Assembly: GCA_033763315.1 (NCBI GenBank)
Contig: JANRKS010000040.1
Location: forward strand, 64,001-128,000
DNA from: Deltaproteobacteria bacterium
GTDB taxonomy: Bacteria; Myxococcota_A; Polyangia; Fen-1088
Direction of reading: 5' to 3'
DNA: 64,000 nt
The translations under genes were made by a program, and so were the position numbers. This document shows positions 47,603-56,237 of the stretch, piece after piece (within the stretch, counting starts at the first letter, position 1; the number at the start of each line of letters is the position of its first letter). The notes under the pieces are model-generated. The model had not been told where the DNA came from and did no database searches. It saw only the letters and a list, made by a program, of their open reading frames with translations.

Positions 47603-48907
47603 TTAGTAATTGAACTGCACCTGCACCCGGGTCAGTTGGCCATCTTGCTTCGTGTAAGGGTACTTATCGCTCGTGCGGCTTGAGACGGCGTAGGCCAACG
47701 TCAATTCAACGGCACTGTACGGTTGCCACTCAATGCCCGTCTCCCATTCTCTCACGCTATACCGAGGCGCGTTCGGTTCGAACTTCTTGCCACCTTCATA
47801 GTAGGTGCCGCGGCTGTAGGGCGTGATGCTCTGGCCGTCGGCCGTGTCGAGCTTGTACATCAGCTGCGCGTAGCCACCGTGCAACGGTCGGTTGCGGATG
47901 ATGGTGGTTTGGTTTTTTCCAAGCGCTGGTCCCTCGCCAAAGTTCCATTCAGCCTGAAAACCAAACGGCTGCGGGTACACAGTCAAGCTGCCCGCCGCGC
48001 GCCAGTCTTGGTAGGTGTTATCGGTTTGGGTTGAGGTGATGGTTGTGCCGCCGGATGGTTGTGCCAAGGCAATCGTGTATTTGCCCATGTAGCCCCCAAC
48101 GCCCACTTCAACGAATTGCTTGCCGAACAGGAAGGGGTAAGTCACGCGAGCCACTTTGTGCAGGTTGTCGTTGCGCTCGGGCCGGTTCGCATTCTGACCA
48201 TTGAACACACCCGCCGCCAAAACACCGTAATCGCCAGAGCCTTTGAGGCCTGAATCCACCAGGTGCTTAAAGCGTTTGCGAATCTCTTCCGGAGCCCAAT
48301 AGAAGAACACCCCAATGTCGCGTTCATCTTTGACGGCGCTGTTGATGGCGTCATTGCGGTCTAAAGCCAGACGGTTGCTGCTGCTCTGCATGTTCTCAAA
48401 ACCGTACGGCACCTTCGACTGGCCCACACGGAATCGAAATTCCTTCTTCTTGTCTAAGCTGACGTCGGCGTACCAATCGCGAAGGATGGCCACGTGAAGC
48501 TGCTCGCCTATGGTTGAAGCAAAGTCAGGCTGCAAGTAAACGAATACATGTTCGTGTACGTCGCCCTGAATGATCAAGCGTGCGCGACGCAAAGCAAAGC
48601 CGTTGCCCTTACCAATGCTGCGGTCGCCTTGTGTATTGATGAGAGCGTCGTTTTCGTCAAAGCTGGGCAAGCGGTTGTAGCGCAGCTGGGTGTAGCCGCG
48701 GATTCTCAATAGTTCGTACCAATGTTTCTTGGCCGGAGCGGCCGCAGGTGCCACCACCTCAAGTGCGGCCGGCGCAGCCGCCACAGGGCCGCTGGGGGCT
48801 GGGGCGGTGGGCAGTGGCACGGGGGCTTCGGTTTGCGCTTCGGCAAGGGCGCAGCATGCCACCGTGGCCACAAAAGCAACAATTTGGAGAGATTTTCGTA
48901 ACAACAT
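47603..48907 (-). CDS. Phosphate-selective porin, OprO/OprP family
   Basis: Signal peptide; RGY.QLRY, F.LRRARL...G, GQSKVPYGFEN.QSS..R..LDR, C-terminal VQVQFNY; Pho box upstream. Confidence 0.85.
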   Translation of the reverse strand: MLLRKSLQIVAFVATVACCALAEAQTEAPVPLPTAPAPSGPVAAAPAALEVVAPAAAPAKKHWYELLRIRGYTQLRYNRLPSFDENDALINTQGDRSIGKGNGFALRRARLIIQGDVHEHVFVYLQPDFASTIGEQLHVAILRDWYADVSLDKKKEFRFRVGQSKVPYGFENMQSSSNRLALDRNDAINSAVKDERDIGVFFYWAPEEIRKRFKHLVDSGLKGSGDYGVLAAGVFNGQNANRPERNDNLHKVARVTYPFLFGKQFVEVGVGGYMGKYTIALAQPSGGTTITSTQTDNTYQDWRAAGSLTVYPQPFGFQAEWNFGEGPALGKNQTTIIRNRPLHGGYAQLMYKLDTADGQSITPYSRGTYYEGGKKFEPNAPRYSVREWETGIEWQPYSAVELTLAYAVSSRTSDKYPYTKQDGQLTRVQVQFNY

Positions 48908-48922
48908 GGTGAATGGCCGCGG

Positions 48923-48967
48923 ATACTAGGGGCCATTTATGACAATTCGGTGACAACGCCGTAACGA
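48923..48967 (-). promoter_or_regulatory. Pho box (three 11-bp-period repeats) plus -10 element
   Basis: TCGTTAC-ggcg-TTGTCAC-cgaa-TTGTCAT, a 10-nt spacer, then TAGTAT, upstream of the porin ATG. Confidence 0.75.
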
Positions 48968-49024
48968 TCATGAACGCGGGCGCCGCCTTGAATTCGCGGC
49001 TTCACAGCCGCAATCGGACAAAAG

Positions 49025-50971
49025 TTAACGCAGTAGCAATTGCAGTGCCGTCGTGGCCGTGGCCACGCCCTCGGCGATGCGTTCAAGTTGGACCCGCGTG
49101 GGAACGTCGCCCGCCAGTGCGGTTCGTTCAACCAAGGCCAAACGCCGCGCAAGTACGCGCGCGCCGATCATGCGCGCGTGCCCCTTCAAGTCATGCGCAA
49201 CCGCGGCCACATGATTTGAATCACCGAGCTCAGCTTGCTCTTGCAACTTGCGCAGCGATTGTGTCATCGCTGCGCAAACGCGCGGACCGAAAGTTTGCAA
49301 CAGGCTTGCGCCGCCCACGCTGGCGCTTTGCTTAAGGTCGTTGATTACCTTCGCATCTAGCACCGGCTTAGGCTTCTTTCGCGCGGACCGCACGCGCCGC
49401 GGCTGCGATTGGAGCAACAAGCGCTTTAGATCCGTCAAGCGCACGGGCTTGCCCAAGAAACCATCCATGCCGGCGTTCGAACAAGCTTGCCGATCTTCGG
49501 CCAGGACGTTGGCCGTCATCGCGTAGATGCGGGGCTGGCCGAGCGCACTTTGCCGAAGCTTCGTTGTTGTTTGTAGACCGTCCATGTCGGGCATCCGCAG
49601 ATCCATGAGCAACAGGTCGTAAGGCACTCGCTTTGCCATCTGCACCGCGGTGCGACCATTGGCAGCCACGTCGCTTGGAAAACCTAAGTGCCGAAGCATG
49701 GCCTGAGCCAATTCACGCGCCTCCGCATTGTCGTCCACAACAAGAATGCGGAGCTTCGGTTGATGCGCCGGTGGCTCCGGCTCGTAGGTGGGAGCCGGCG
49801 GCCTTGCTTGGCTTGCCCGCGCTTGAACAAACGGGACAACGGCCACGAAGCACGCCCCCTTGGGCTTTTTGCGGAATGTGAGCGAGCCGCCCATCGCCGT
49901 GGCCAGCTTGTGGCTAATCGCCAGGCCCAAGCCGCTGCCGCCGTAGCGCCGCGTGGTTGAAGCGTCGCCTTGCGAAAATGGCTCAAACAAACGCCTCGCG
50001 GCCTTGGCGTCGATGCCTATGCCGGTGTCAGATACCGCAAACGTGACATGTACACGCTGGCCCTCGCCCACGCGCGCGCGAACGTCTACGGTCACCGCAC
50101 CTCGTTCGGTGAATTTGACGGCGTTGTTTACCAAATTGGCAAGGATCTGTTGCACTCGATAGCTGTCACCGACCACAGAAAGCCGAGCCGAACGCGCCAA
50201 CTTCACATCTAAGGCTAGGCGCTTCTCTTTTGCTTTCGGTTTGATCGCTTCCACCACCGCCTGCACAACATCGACCACATCGAAACGGTGTCGCTCCAAT
50301 TGCGGCGTCACAGCTTGCAGTGATGAGAAATTCAAGATGTCATCAACGATCTTCAGCAGCATCTCGTTCTGCTGGCTCAAGATCTTAAGATAGCGTCGTT
50401 GTTCCGACGTCAGCTCCGTGCGCTCAATAAGTTGGGCATAACCCGAGATGCATTGGATAGGCGATCGTATCTCGTGGCTCATCGTGGCCAAAAAATCGCT
50501 TTTGGCGCGGTCAGCTTCTTCAGCGCGGGTCTTTGCTTGCCGAAGATCATCTTCGGCGCGCTTTCGCGCATCAACATCGCGGACGCTCGTGCGATACCCC
50601 TGCCATGTGCCGTCCGCGGCATACAAGGATTGCCACGAGATGGCGCCCCAGCGCGTCCCCCCATCCTTGCGCAGAATGCGGAACTCTAAATCATTGCCGC
50701 TTTGCCGCTGGGCAGCGCTTTGCAGCGCCTTGCGCACACGCGGGCGGTCGTCCTTATACACGAGGCGCAAAGGATAGTTGCGCATCGATAAGCACGCATG
50801 AACATCGAACCCTGTCATGCGCTCGACGGCGGGATTGATCCACCGCGTGACCCCCTGCGGGTCAACCCAGCTTTCCCAGTCGTACGTGTAATCGGCGATG
50901 GCGCGGAACAGCGCTGTTAGTTGTGGATCGGCAAACGCCCCCTGCGAGCTCACGATCGATTTCGGCATCAC
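49025..50971 (-). CDS. PAS hybrid histidine kinase with receiver and HPt domains
   Basis: PAS/PAC, FLATMSHEIRSP, NL.NNAVKFT, DTGIG, YGGSGLGL, receiver MDLRMPDMDG, HPt AHDLKGHA..IGA. Confidence 0.93.
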   Translation of the reverse strand: MMPKSIVSSQGAFADPQLTALFRAIADYTYDWESWVDPQGVTRWINPAVERMTGFDVHACLSMRNYPLRLVYKDDRPRVRKALQSAAQRQSGNDLEFRILRKDGGTRWGAISWQSLYAADGTWQGYRTSVRDVDARKRAEDDLRQAKTRAEEADRAKSDFLATMSHEIRSPIQCISGYAQLIERTELTSEQRRYLKILSQQNEMLLKIVDDILNFSSLQAVTPQLERHRFDVVDVVQAVVEAIKPKAKEKRLALDVKLARSARLSVVGDSYRVQQILANLVNNAVKFTERGAVTVDVRARVGEGQRVHVTFAVSDTGIGIDAKAARRLFEPFSQGDASTTRRYGGSGLGLAISHKLATAMGGSLTFRKKPKGACFVAVVPFVQARASQARPPAPTYEPEPPAHQPKLRILVVDDNAEARELAQAMLRHLGFPSDVAANGRTAVQMAKRVPYDLLLMDLRMPDMDGLQTTTKLRQSALGQPRIYAMTANVLAEDRQACSNAGMDGFLGKPVRLTDLKRLLLQSQPRRVRSARKKPKPVLDAKVINDLKQSASVGGASLLQTFGPRVCAAMTQSLRKLQEQAELGDSNHVAAVAHDLKGHARMIGARVLARRLALVERTALAGDVPTRVQLERIAEGVATATTALQLLLR

Positions 50972-50980
50972 CCCACCAGA

Positions 50981-51607
50981 TTAAAGCCACCCGCGTTCTA
51001 TGGCATGCCTCGTGACGTCCGCGGCGTTGCTGGCCCCTAGCTTCTTCATCACATGCAAACGATGGTTGCCTACCGTCTTGACGCTCAACTGCAGCTCAGA
51101 AGCAATCGCCTTGCTGCTTTTGCCCCGAGCGATCATCATCGCGACCTGCTTCTCGCGCACCGTGAGCTCATCCCCGGCGGGCCCATGAGTTGTCAAGCGC
51201 AGCAACCGCAGCGACGTTGGGCAATAGTAGGCGCCCCCACGAGCCACAGTTTCTACGGCCGTCTGCAGGTCCGCCAACGACACACCCTTCATAACGATGC
51301 CGTGAACGCCAAGCTGTGACGCTTGTTGCGTAACCTCCAAACGCTCACTCGCCGTTAGCACCAACACGCGTGTGTGAGGCAGTTTGTTTTTCAAGCGCGC
51401 CACGACGTCTAGGCCACTGCCATCGGGCAGCACCACATCCACAACCAACAACGCTGGGGCGAGTGCAGGCAGTTCTGCGACGGCCGCCGCAGCCGTCGAG
51501 AACTCACCAACGATCTGTGCGCCCAGCTTGGTGACAAGGATCTGGGCCAGCATCTCGCGGAAGATCGTCTGATCGTCCACAAGGGCTATGCGTAGAGGTG
51601 CGGGCAA
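50981..51607 (-). CDS. NarL/LuxR-family response regulator
   Basis: LVDDQ.IFR, VDVVLPDGSG, LT.RE.QV...IA.G.SSK.IA..L.LSVKTV.NH. TTG start uncertain. Confidence 0.9.
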   Translation of the reverse strand: MPAPLRIALVDDQTIFREMLAQILVTKLGAQIVGEFSTAAAAVAELPALAPALLVVDVVLPDGSGLDVVARLKNKLPHTRVLVLTASERLEVTQQASQLGVHGIVMKGVSLADLQTAVETVARGGAYYCPTSLRLLRLTTHGPAGDELTVREKQVAMMIARGKSSKAIASELQLSVKTVGNHRLHVMKKLGASNAADVTRHAIERGWL

Positions 51608-51725
51608 AGGTGAATCCGAGGAAATGAAAGCTTCTAGGGTACAAAACCCGGCCGACCTGGGGTGTATTCCCCATACCGACCGCAGGGCGTCACCGTCAGA
51701 GTTTACTGAAACCAAGGAGGATCAT

Positions 51726-52133
51726 ATGAACACTCTCAAAGTCGCTGTCCTGACGCTGGCCCTACCCCTTTTGGGCGCGAACACCGCCGCCGCCGCGATG
51801 ACCTGCGGTACAAGCGACGCCCTCCAAGGCGTTACCCACGTGAAACCCCTACAGGAAACCTTTAACGTCGGCAAGGCGGAGCTCACTCGTCGCGCGGGCG
51901 CGCGGCTTTTCATTCCTGCCGAGGCTGGAATGTCGGTGCCATACTTGCAGCGCCAGCTGAACTGCCGCGTGCAAACGGCCGGTGGCGGGCAAAACGATCC
52001 GTTGTCCGTACCGAAGGTCAAAGCCACCGTCTCCGCGGCTGGTGAATACTTTGTTGTTGATCTGCGGGCGTCCACATTGGCCGATGCAAAAGAAGTGCAA
52101 CGCCGGTCAGAGCTGTTGTTGCAGGGCAAGTGA
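51726..52133 (+). CDS. Small secreted hypothetical protein
   Basis: AAGGAGG RBS, signal peptide, GA.LFIPAEAG.S..YLQR.LNC...DPL.V. Confidence 0.8.
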   Translation: MNTLKVAVLTLALPLLGANTAAAAMTCGTSDALQGVTHVKPLQETFNVGKAELTRRAGARLFIPAEAGMSVPYLQRQLNCRVQTAGGGQNDPLSVPKVKATVSAAGEYFVVDLRASTLADAKEVQRRSELLLQGK

Positions 52134-52144
52134 GGTAGCGCTGG

Positions 52145-53059
52145 TCACATCCTGTCATCGGTGCCGTCATCTGATGCGGTTCCGATGATGGGATTGGCGC
52201 TTGTGGGCAACATGGCGGCCTCGATGGGCCGCATGTCATTGTCGAAGCCTCGGAAGGCAACGGTGCGTGCCCCACGCAGCTGAGCGAGATCGTAAAGCTG
52301 GTTGTAGGCCGTAAACACGGCGGGGATCTGACGCAAGCGTTCCAACGCTCGTCCTACAGCCAGCAAGTATTGTGATTTGGCCTCTGCAACGAGCGTGGCC
52401 ACACGTTTGGAAGTCTCGGCCTCCAACGCCGCAGCATCCAAGCGCCCCTTTTCGACAACAACCGCGCGGGCTCGTTCCAAGCGCGTGGCCACTGTGCCGA
52501 AGACTTGACGTGAAACCTCTGGCAAGAGCGACACGTGGCGGATGAACACGCGTTCCACTTTCACGCCCCAACGCAACGTTTCACCAGATACGTCTCGCTC
52601 CAGCAGAGCCCCAAGTTCGCTGCGATCGTCAAGGATCTGTTGAAAGTCGCGGCTCCCGAGAATCGACATCGCCGCGTGAACCACCAAGTTTTGCGTGGCC
52701 TGATCCCAGTCTTCCACCGCGAACAACGCCTTCTCAGCGTCCACCACGCGGACCTCAACCCACAAATCCGCCACCACCGTCGTTCCGCGCGCATCGTTGA
52801 TGTGCAGGTCGTGGATAATGCGAAAATCCAAGGCCCGCGATACGTGATGCACCTTCACCCACGGCAACCATTTGCCCGGCAGCACGTGCAGCCCAGGTTT
52901 TTCTAGCTTGGCGACGATTCTGCCAAAGCTCGTGACCAAAGCCACGTGCTCATCTTCGACAGCCACACCGAAGCCCCGGGCGATACGACCCAAAACAGAC
53001 AAGCCAGCGGCACCCGCGGCCGCCCCGCCAAACAACATCAACCAATCCTGGGCGTTCAC
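52145..53059 (-). CDS. SPFH/band-7 domain protein
   Basis: N-terminal TM, FGR....LEKPGLH, HINDARGTTVVADL...RVVD..KALF.VED, WGVKVERV.I, coiled-coil; GTGA overlap with the upstream SPFH gene. Confidence 0.88.
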   Translation of the reverse strand: MNAQDWLMLFGGAAAGAAGLSVLGRIARGFGVAVEDEHVALVTSFGRIVAKLEKPGLHVLPGKWLPWVKVHHVSRALDFRIIHDLHINDARGTTVVADLWVEVRVVDAEKALFAVEDWDQATQNLVVHAAMSILGSRDFQQILDDRSELGALLERDVSGETLRWGVKVERVFIRHVSLLPEVSRQVFGTVATRLERARAVVVEKGRLDAAALEAETSKRVATLVAEAKSQYLLAVGRALERLRQIPAVFTAYNQLYDLAQLRGARTVAFRGFDNDMRPIEAAMLPTSANPIIGTASDDGTDDRM

Positions 53060-53934
53060 AGCGTTTTTCCTTCGTTTAGGTACATGGTGCGTGACTCAGA
53101 AAGCACCTCGGCCTTCCTGCGTTCAACGTAATCGCGCAGCACTCCGGCTTCGTGCAGAACTGCCAGATTTCGCCCCAGCTCCTGTATTTCATTCTCAACC
53201 GCCGCAGCTTTGGCGCGGGCAATCTCCACGCCGCGGTTGGCGGCCATCAGCTTCTGCGCGCATTCACCTTCCGCACGAAACCGCAAGCCATCCGCTTCGG
53301 CCCGCGCGCTCATGACGGCATTCAAAGCGTCAGCCATCTCTTCGGGAGGATGGATGTCGGTGATGTCCACGGCCTCGAAGTGCACGCCGTACCGATCGCC
53401 CAGTTCAGCCTTGGCGAAGTCACCGATGCGTTTGTTAAGCAGTTGCCGATCTCGACGCACCAGACCGAACGATCCGCCCACATCGTCTTCAATCGTTGTG
53501 ATGTCGGTGGTGTGAGGAGGCGATTTCACGTTCGCAATCTCGTTGCGCAGGAGGCTCGAAAACAAGCCCGCCACGTGTTCCTTGCGATGGACAAGCCCGA
53601 ACAGATACTTCGCGATGCCGTCGCGTTGAGGAGCGTAGCGAAGCATTGACTGGAGACGAATCACCGTTCCGTCGGCCAACATCATCGGTTCTGCGCCGTG
53701 TTGACCGCCCAAGGTCACGAGCTGTTCACGCAGCGAAACCACACGCACCTCGTCGAATGACCATTTGAGGTGAGCGCCAGGACCAAACAGCCGTAGGCTG
53801 CCGTCAGGATTGTGCAACGCTGCCCCAAAACGCAGCACGACCGCGGCGCAGCCTTCTTCCACCCGAAAGCCGCAATCCTTCGCCATCCAAGCCACAAACA
53901 AGCCAACACCCAGCACGATCCCTAAGATAAACAT
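53056..53934 (-). CDS. SPFH/band-7 domain protein
   Basis: N-terminal TM, AVVLRFG, GPG.H.KW..DEV..VSLREQ, YGV.FEAVDITDI.PP.EM..ALN.VM.A, coiled-coil; AAGGA RBS 24 nt after the SulP stop. Confidence 0.88.
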   Translation of the reverse strand: MFILGIVLGVGLFVAWMAKDCGFRVEEGCAAVVLRFGAALHNPDGSLRLFGPGAHLKWSFDEVRVVSLREQLVTLGGQHGAEPMMLADGTVIRLQSMLRYAPQRDGIAKYLFGLVHRKEHVAGLFSSLLRNEIANVKSPPHTTDITTIEDDVGGSFGLVRRDRQLLNKRIGDFAKAELGDRYGVHFEAVDITDIHPPEEMADALNAVMSARAEADGLRFRAEGECAQKLMAANRGVEIARAKAAAVENEIQELGRNLAVLHEAGVLRDYVERRKAEVLSESRTMYLNEGKTL

Positions 53935-53958
53935 TCTCGTCGATCCTTTCGCAGACGG

Positions 53959-56085
53959 TCAAAAACGTTCGACAGACGCGCGCGCCCACGCCTCGCCCCA
54001 AACCGGCGGTTCGTCAATGGCGGTGGTTAACCGTGGCGTGGTGTGGCCCGCTTGCACCATGCGTCGATAAGCCGCCGCCAGGCCTCGATTCACATCAACC
54101 ACGTCTTCGTTGAAATGTTGATGTGCCATCGTCACGGGCGGCAAGGCATCAGCTTTCGCCTGTGTGTCTATGATGCTTCCGTGAGGCACAAAACGATTGT
54201 CCGGGACCTCAACACCCACGACGACGGCCCCAATGCCTATGGAACAATGGCTGCCCACAACAGCGTCGTGCACAACCGCTTTGAACCCAATGAAAGTGTC
54301 GTCGCCCACATACGAAGGCCCATGAACAAGCGCATCGTGGGCCATAGAAACATTGCGGCCCACGTACACAGCCCAGCGTTCGCCGCCGACGATCACGTGC
54401 TTCTGCTTCAAGGCGTGAATCACCACGCCGTCTTGAATGTTTGAATTGGGCCCAATGAAGAAGGGGGCGCCCTCATCGGCACGGACCGAACTGCCCGCGG
54501 CCACGTGAACGTTATCGCTCAAGATCACTTGCCCAATGACTGTGGCTTGTGGATGTACGAAGGCGGTTGCAGGAATGAAGGGCTGGCTCCTTACGTGCGC
54601 GATCCACTCGCTGGCGCTGCCGGTGGTGTCCGCTCGCAGTTTGCGCGCACCCGCACGCTCAACAGGAAGCACCGCCCTGATGCCGGGAGGGTGAGGTGAA
54701 GTCATCGCCTCTAGGGCAGCTTTGGCGTCCTTGCGGTGGAACAGCAGATAGTCGAGCGCGGAAATCACGAGGCCTGCCACGAGGCCCAGCATCAGATGAC
54801 CCGTGACGGTGCCAGCGGCGGTGACCAAGAAGGCCAAGGCCTGCAGCTTCGCCGTTCGCACCAAGTGAACCAGGGTGGGCACATCCACCAGCCGCACACC
54901 GATGACGCACAGAAGGCCCGCCAGAGCCGCCAGTGGCACCCGTGCGATCAGCGAACCCATCAGTAAAACCGCGGCGCCCAAGAACACCGCGTGCAACATG
55001 GTGGCCACCTTGGTGCGAGCACCGCTCTGCACGTTCACGCCACTGCGAACAACAACACCGGAAACGGGCATCCCCGTAAACAGCCCTGAAGCAATGTTCG
55101 CCAACCCCTGTCCTAGCAACTCCAAACTCGGGTGGTGAGGGCGGATTACGTTCTTACCTTGCATGCGGTCCACCGCGCGCGCGGCAAGCAGCGACTCTGC
55201 GGACGCCAGAAAAGCGATAGGCAAAGTTGCCGTGATCAATTCAACGAGGCGCTCCGTGGGAACCAGCGGAAAGCGAAACGGTGGTAGTGAAGACGGCACA
55301 TCGCCCACGCGCGTGATGTCCCACCCGACGTAGTTCGCGATGAAGGTGACAAGGCCAGCGCCTACGATTGCCGCCGGAAAGCGTTTCCATCGCGACGTTC
55401 CAACGATCAACAAGGCCACCGCGAGGCCCGATACCACCGCCAGCCATTCAACTTTGTGCAACCAGTCTGGCTTGTGCAGCATCATCGCCAGCTCATAGAC
55501 GCGGTAGTCGAAACCCAGCAGTTCAGGAATTTGCTGGTCCAGCAGTTTGATGCCAACGCCCGTCGTGAACCCTGCGAGCACACTCTCAGGGACGTGCTTC
55601 ATCACGTGACCTGCGCGTGTGAACGCGAGCAAGAGCTGGAACGCCCCCACCATCACAGCCGCCAAAGCGACGCCCACCGGACCAAAACGCAAGGCCACGA
55701 CAGCCACGATGGATGACAACGCGGCCGCGGGGCCCGTGACCTGCAAAGGTGCGCCGCCCACGAATCCGGCCACGAAGCCGCCGATCGCCCCCGCCACTAA
55801 ACCGGCGGCGGGTGGCAAACCGCTGGCCACCGCCAACGCAAGATTAAGCGGCAAGGCCACGGCGGCCACCGTCAGTCCCGCCAAGACGTCTTGGGGTAGA
55901 CTTTTTTGCGCCACCACGTCTGCGAAAGAACCGGTGAAAGACCGATACATCGATCGCCAATCTTGGTACAGCGGCTCCCAGATCGTTCGCTCTTTCAGAA
56001 CCGGCCCTCGGCTAACCCGCCGGGGTTGAACAGGCGGATGATGACCCCGGGTCGCCTTGGGTGTATCGGTCGAACTTGGAATCAC
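53959..56085 (-). CDS. SulP-family anion (bicarbonate) transporter fused to a gamma-class carbonic anhydrase
   Basis: SulP motifs DVLAGLTVAAVALPL.LALAVASG, QVTGPAA, GFTTG, EL.GQG.AN..SG...GMP.SGV.VRS..N..SGA.TK. C-terminal hexapeptide beta-helix with RADEG, SNIQDGVVIHAL, SMAH..LVHGP, VV.VN..LA.AY. No STAS domain. Confidence 0.92.
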   Translation of the reverse strand: MIPSSTDTPKATRGHHPPVQPRRVSRGPVLKERTIWEPLYQDWRSMYRSFTGSFADVVAQKSLPQDVLAGLTVAAVALPLNLALAVASGLPPAAGLVAGAIGGFVAGFVGGAPLQVTGPAAALSSIVAVVALRFGPVGVALAAVMVGAFQLLLAFTRAGHVMKHVPESVLAGFTTGVGIKLLDQQIPELLGFDYRVYELAMMLHKPDWLHKVEWLAVVSGLAVALLIVGTSRWKRFPAAIVGAGLVTFIANYVGWDITRVGDVPSSLPPFRFPLVPTERLVELITATLPIAFLASAESLLAARAVDRMQGKNVIRPHHPSLELLGQGLANIASGLFTGMPVSGVVVRSGVNVQSGARTKVATMLHAVFLGAAVLLMGSLIARVPLAALAGLLCVIGVRLVDVPTLVHLVRTAKLQALAFLVTAAGTVTGHLMLGLVAGLVISALDYLLFHRKDAKAALEAMTSPHPPGIRAVLPVERAGARKLRADTTGSASEWIAHVRSQPFIPATAFVHPQATVIGQVILSDNVHVAAGSSVRADEGAPFFIGPNSNIQDGVVIHALKQKHVIVGGERWAVYVGRNVSMAHDALVHGPSYVGDDTFIGFKAVVHDAVVGSHCSIGIGAVVVGVEVPDNRFVPHGSIIDTQAKADALPPVTMAHQHFNEDVVDVNRGLAAAYRRMVQAGHTTPRLTTAIDEPPVWGEAWARASVERF

Positions 56086-56186
56086 GGTCGCCGCAGCTTA
56101 TGCGGGTAGAGAGCAAATTACCAGCGTTCCTCTCGCGCCTTTTAAGAACAGTCCACGCGACACCCGGCCCAAGGCCGAATAAGGCA

Positions 56187-56216
56187 AAGGGCGCAGCACC
56201 TATGTGCCGCGCCCTT
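56187..56216. terminator. Hairpin terminator between the Cys-rich lipoprotein gene and the SulP operon
   Basis: AAGGGCGCAGCAC-ctat-GTGCCGCGCCCTT. Confidence 0.6.
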
Positions 56217-56237
56217 ACTTTTCAAAGCATCGTCTTC

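Noticed and set aside
52145-53934. hflK/hflC or qmcA gene symbols
   Set aside because: The SPFH fold is clear, but I see no HflK/HflC-specific signature and no hflX, ftsH or nfeD context.
53959-54590. Carboxysome (ccmM) locus
   Set aside because: The domain is CcmM/Cam-like, but it has no RbcS-like repeats and there are no shell or RuBisCO genes in the window.
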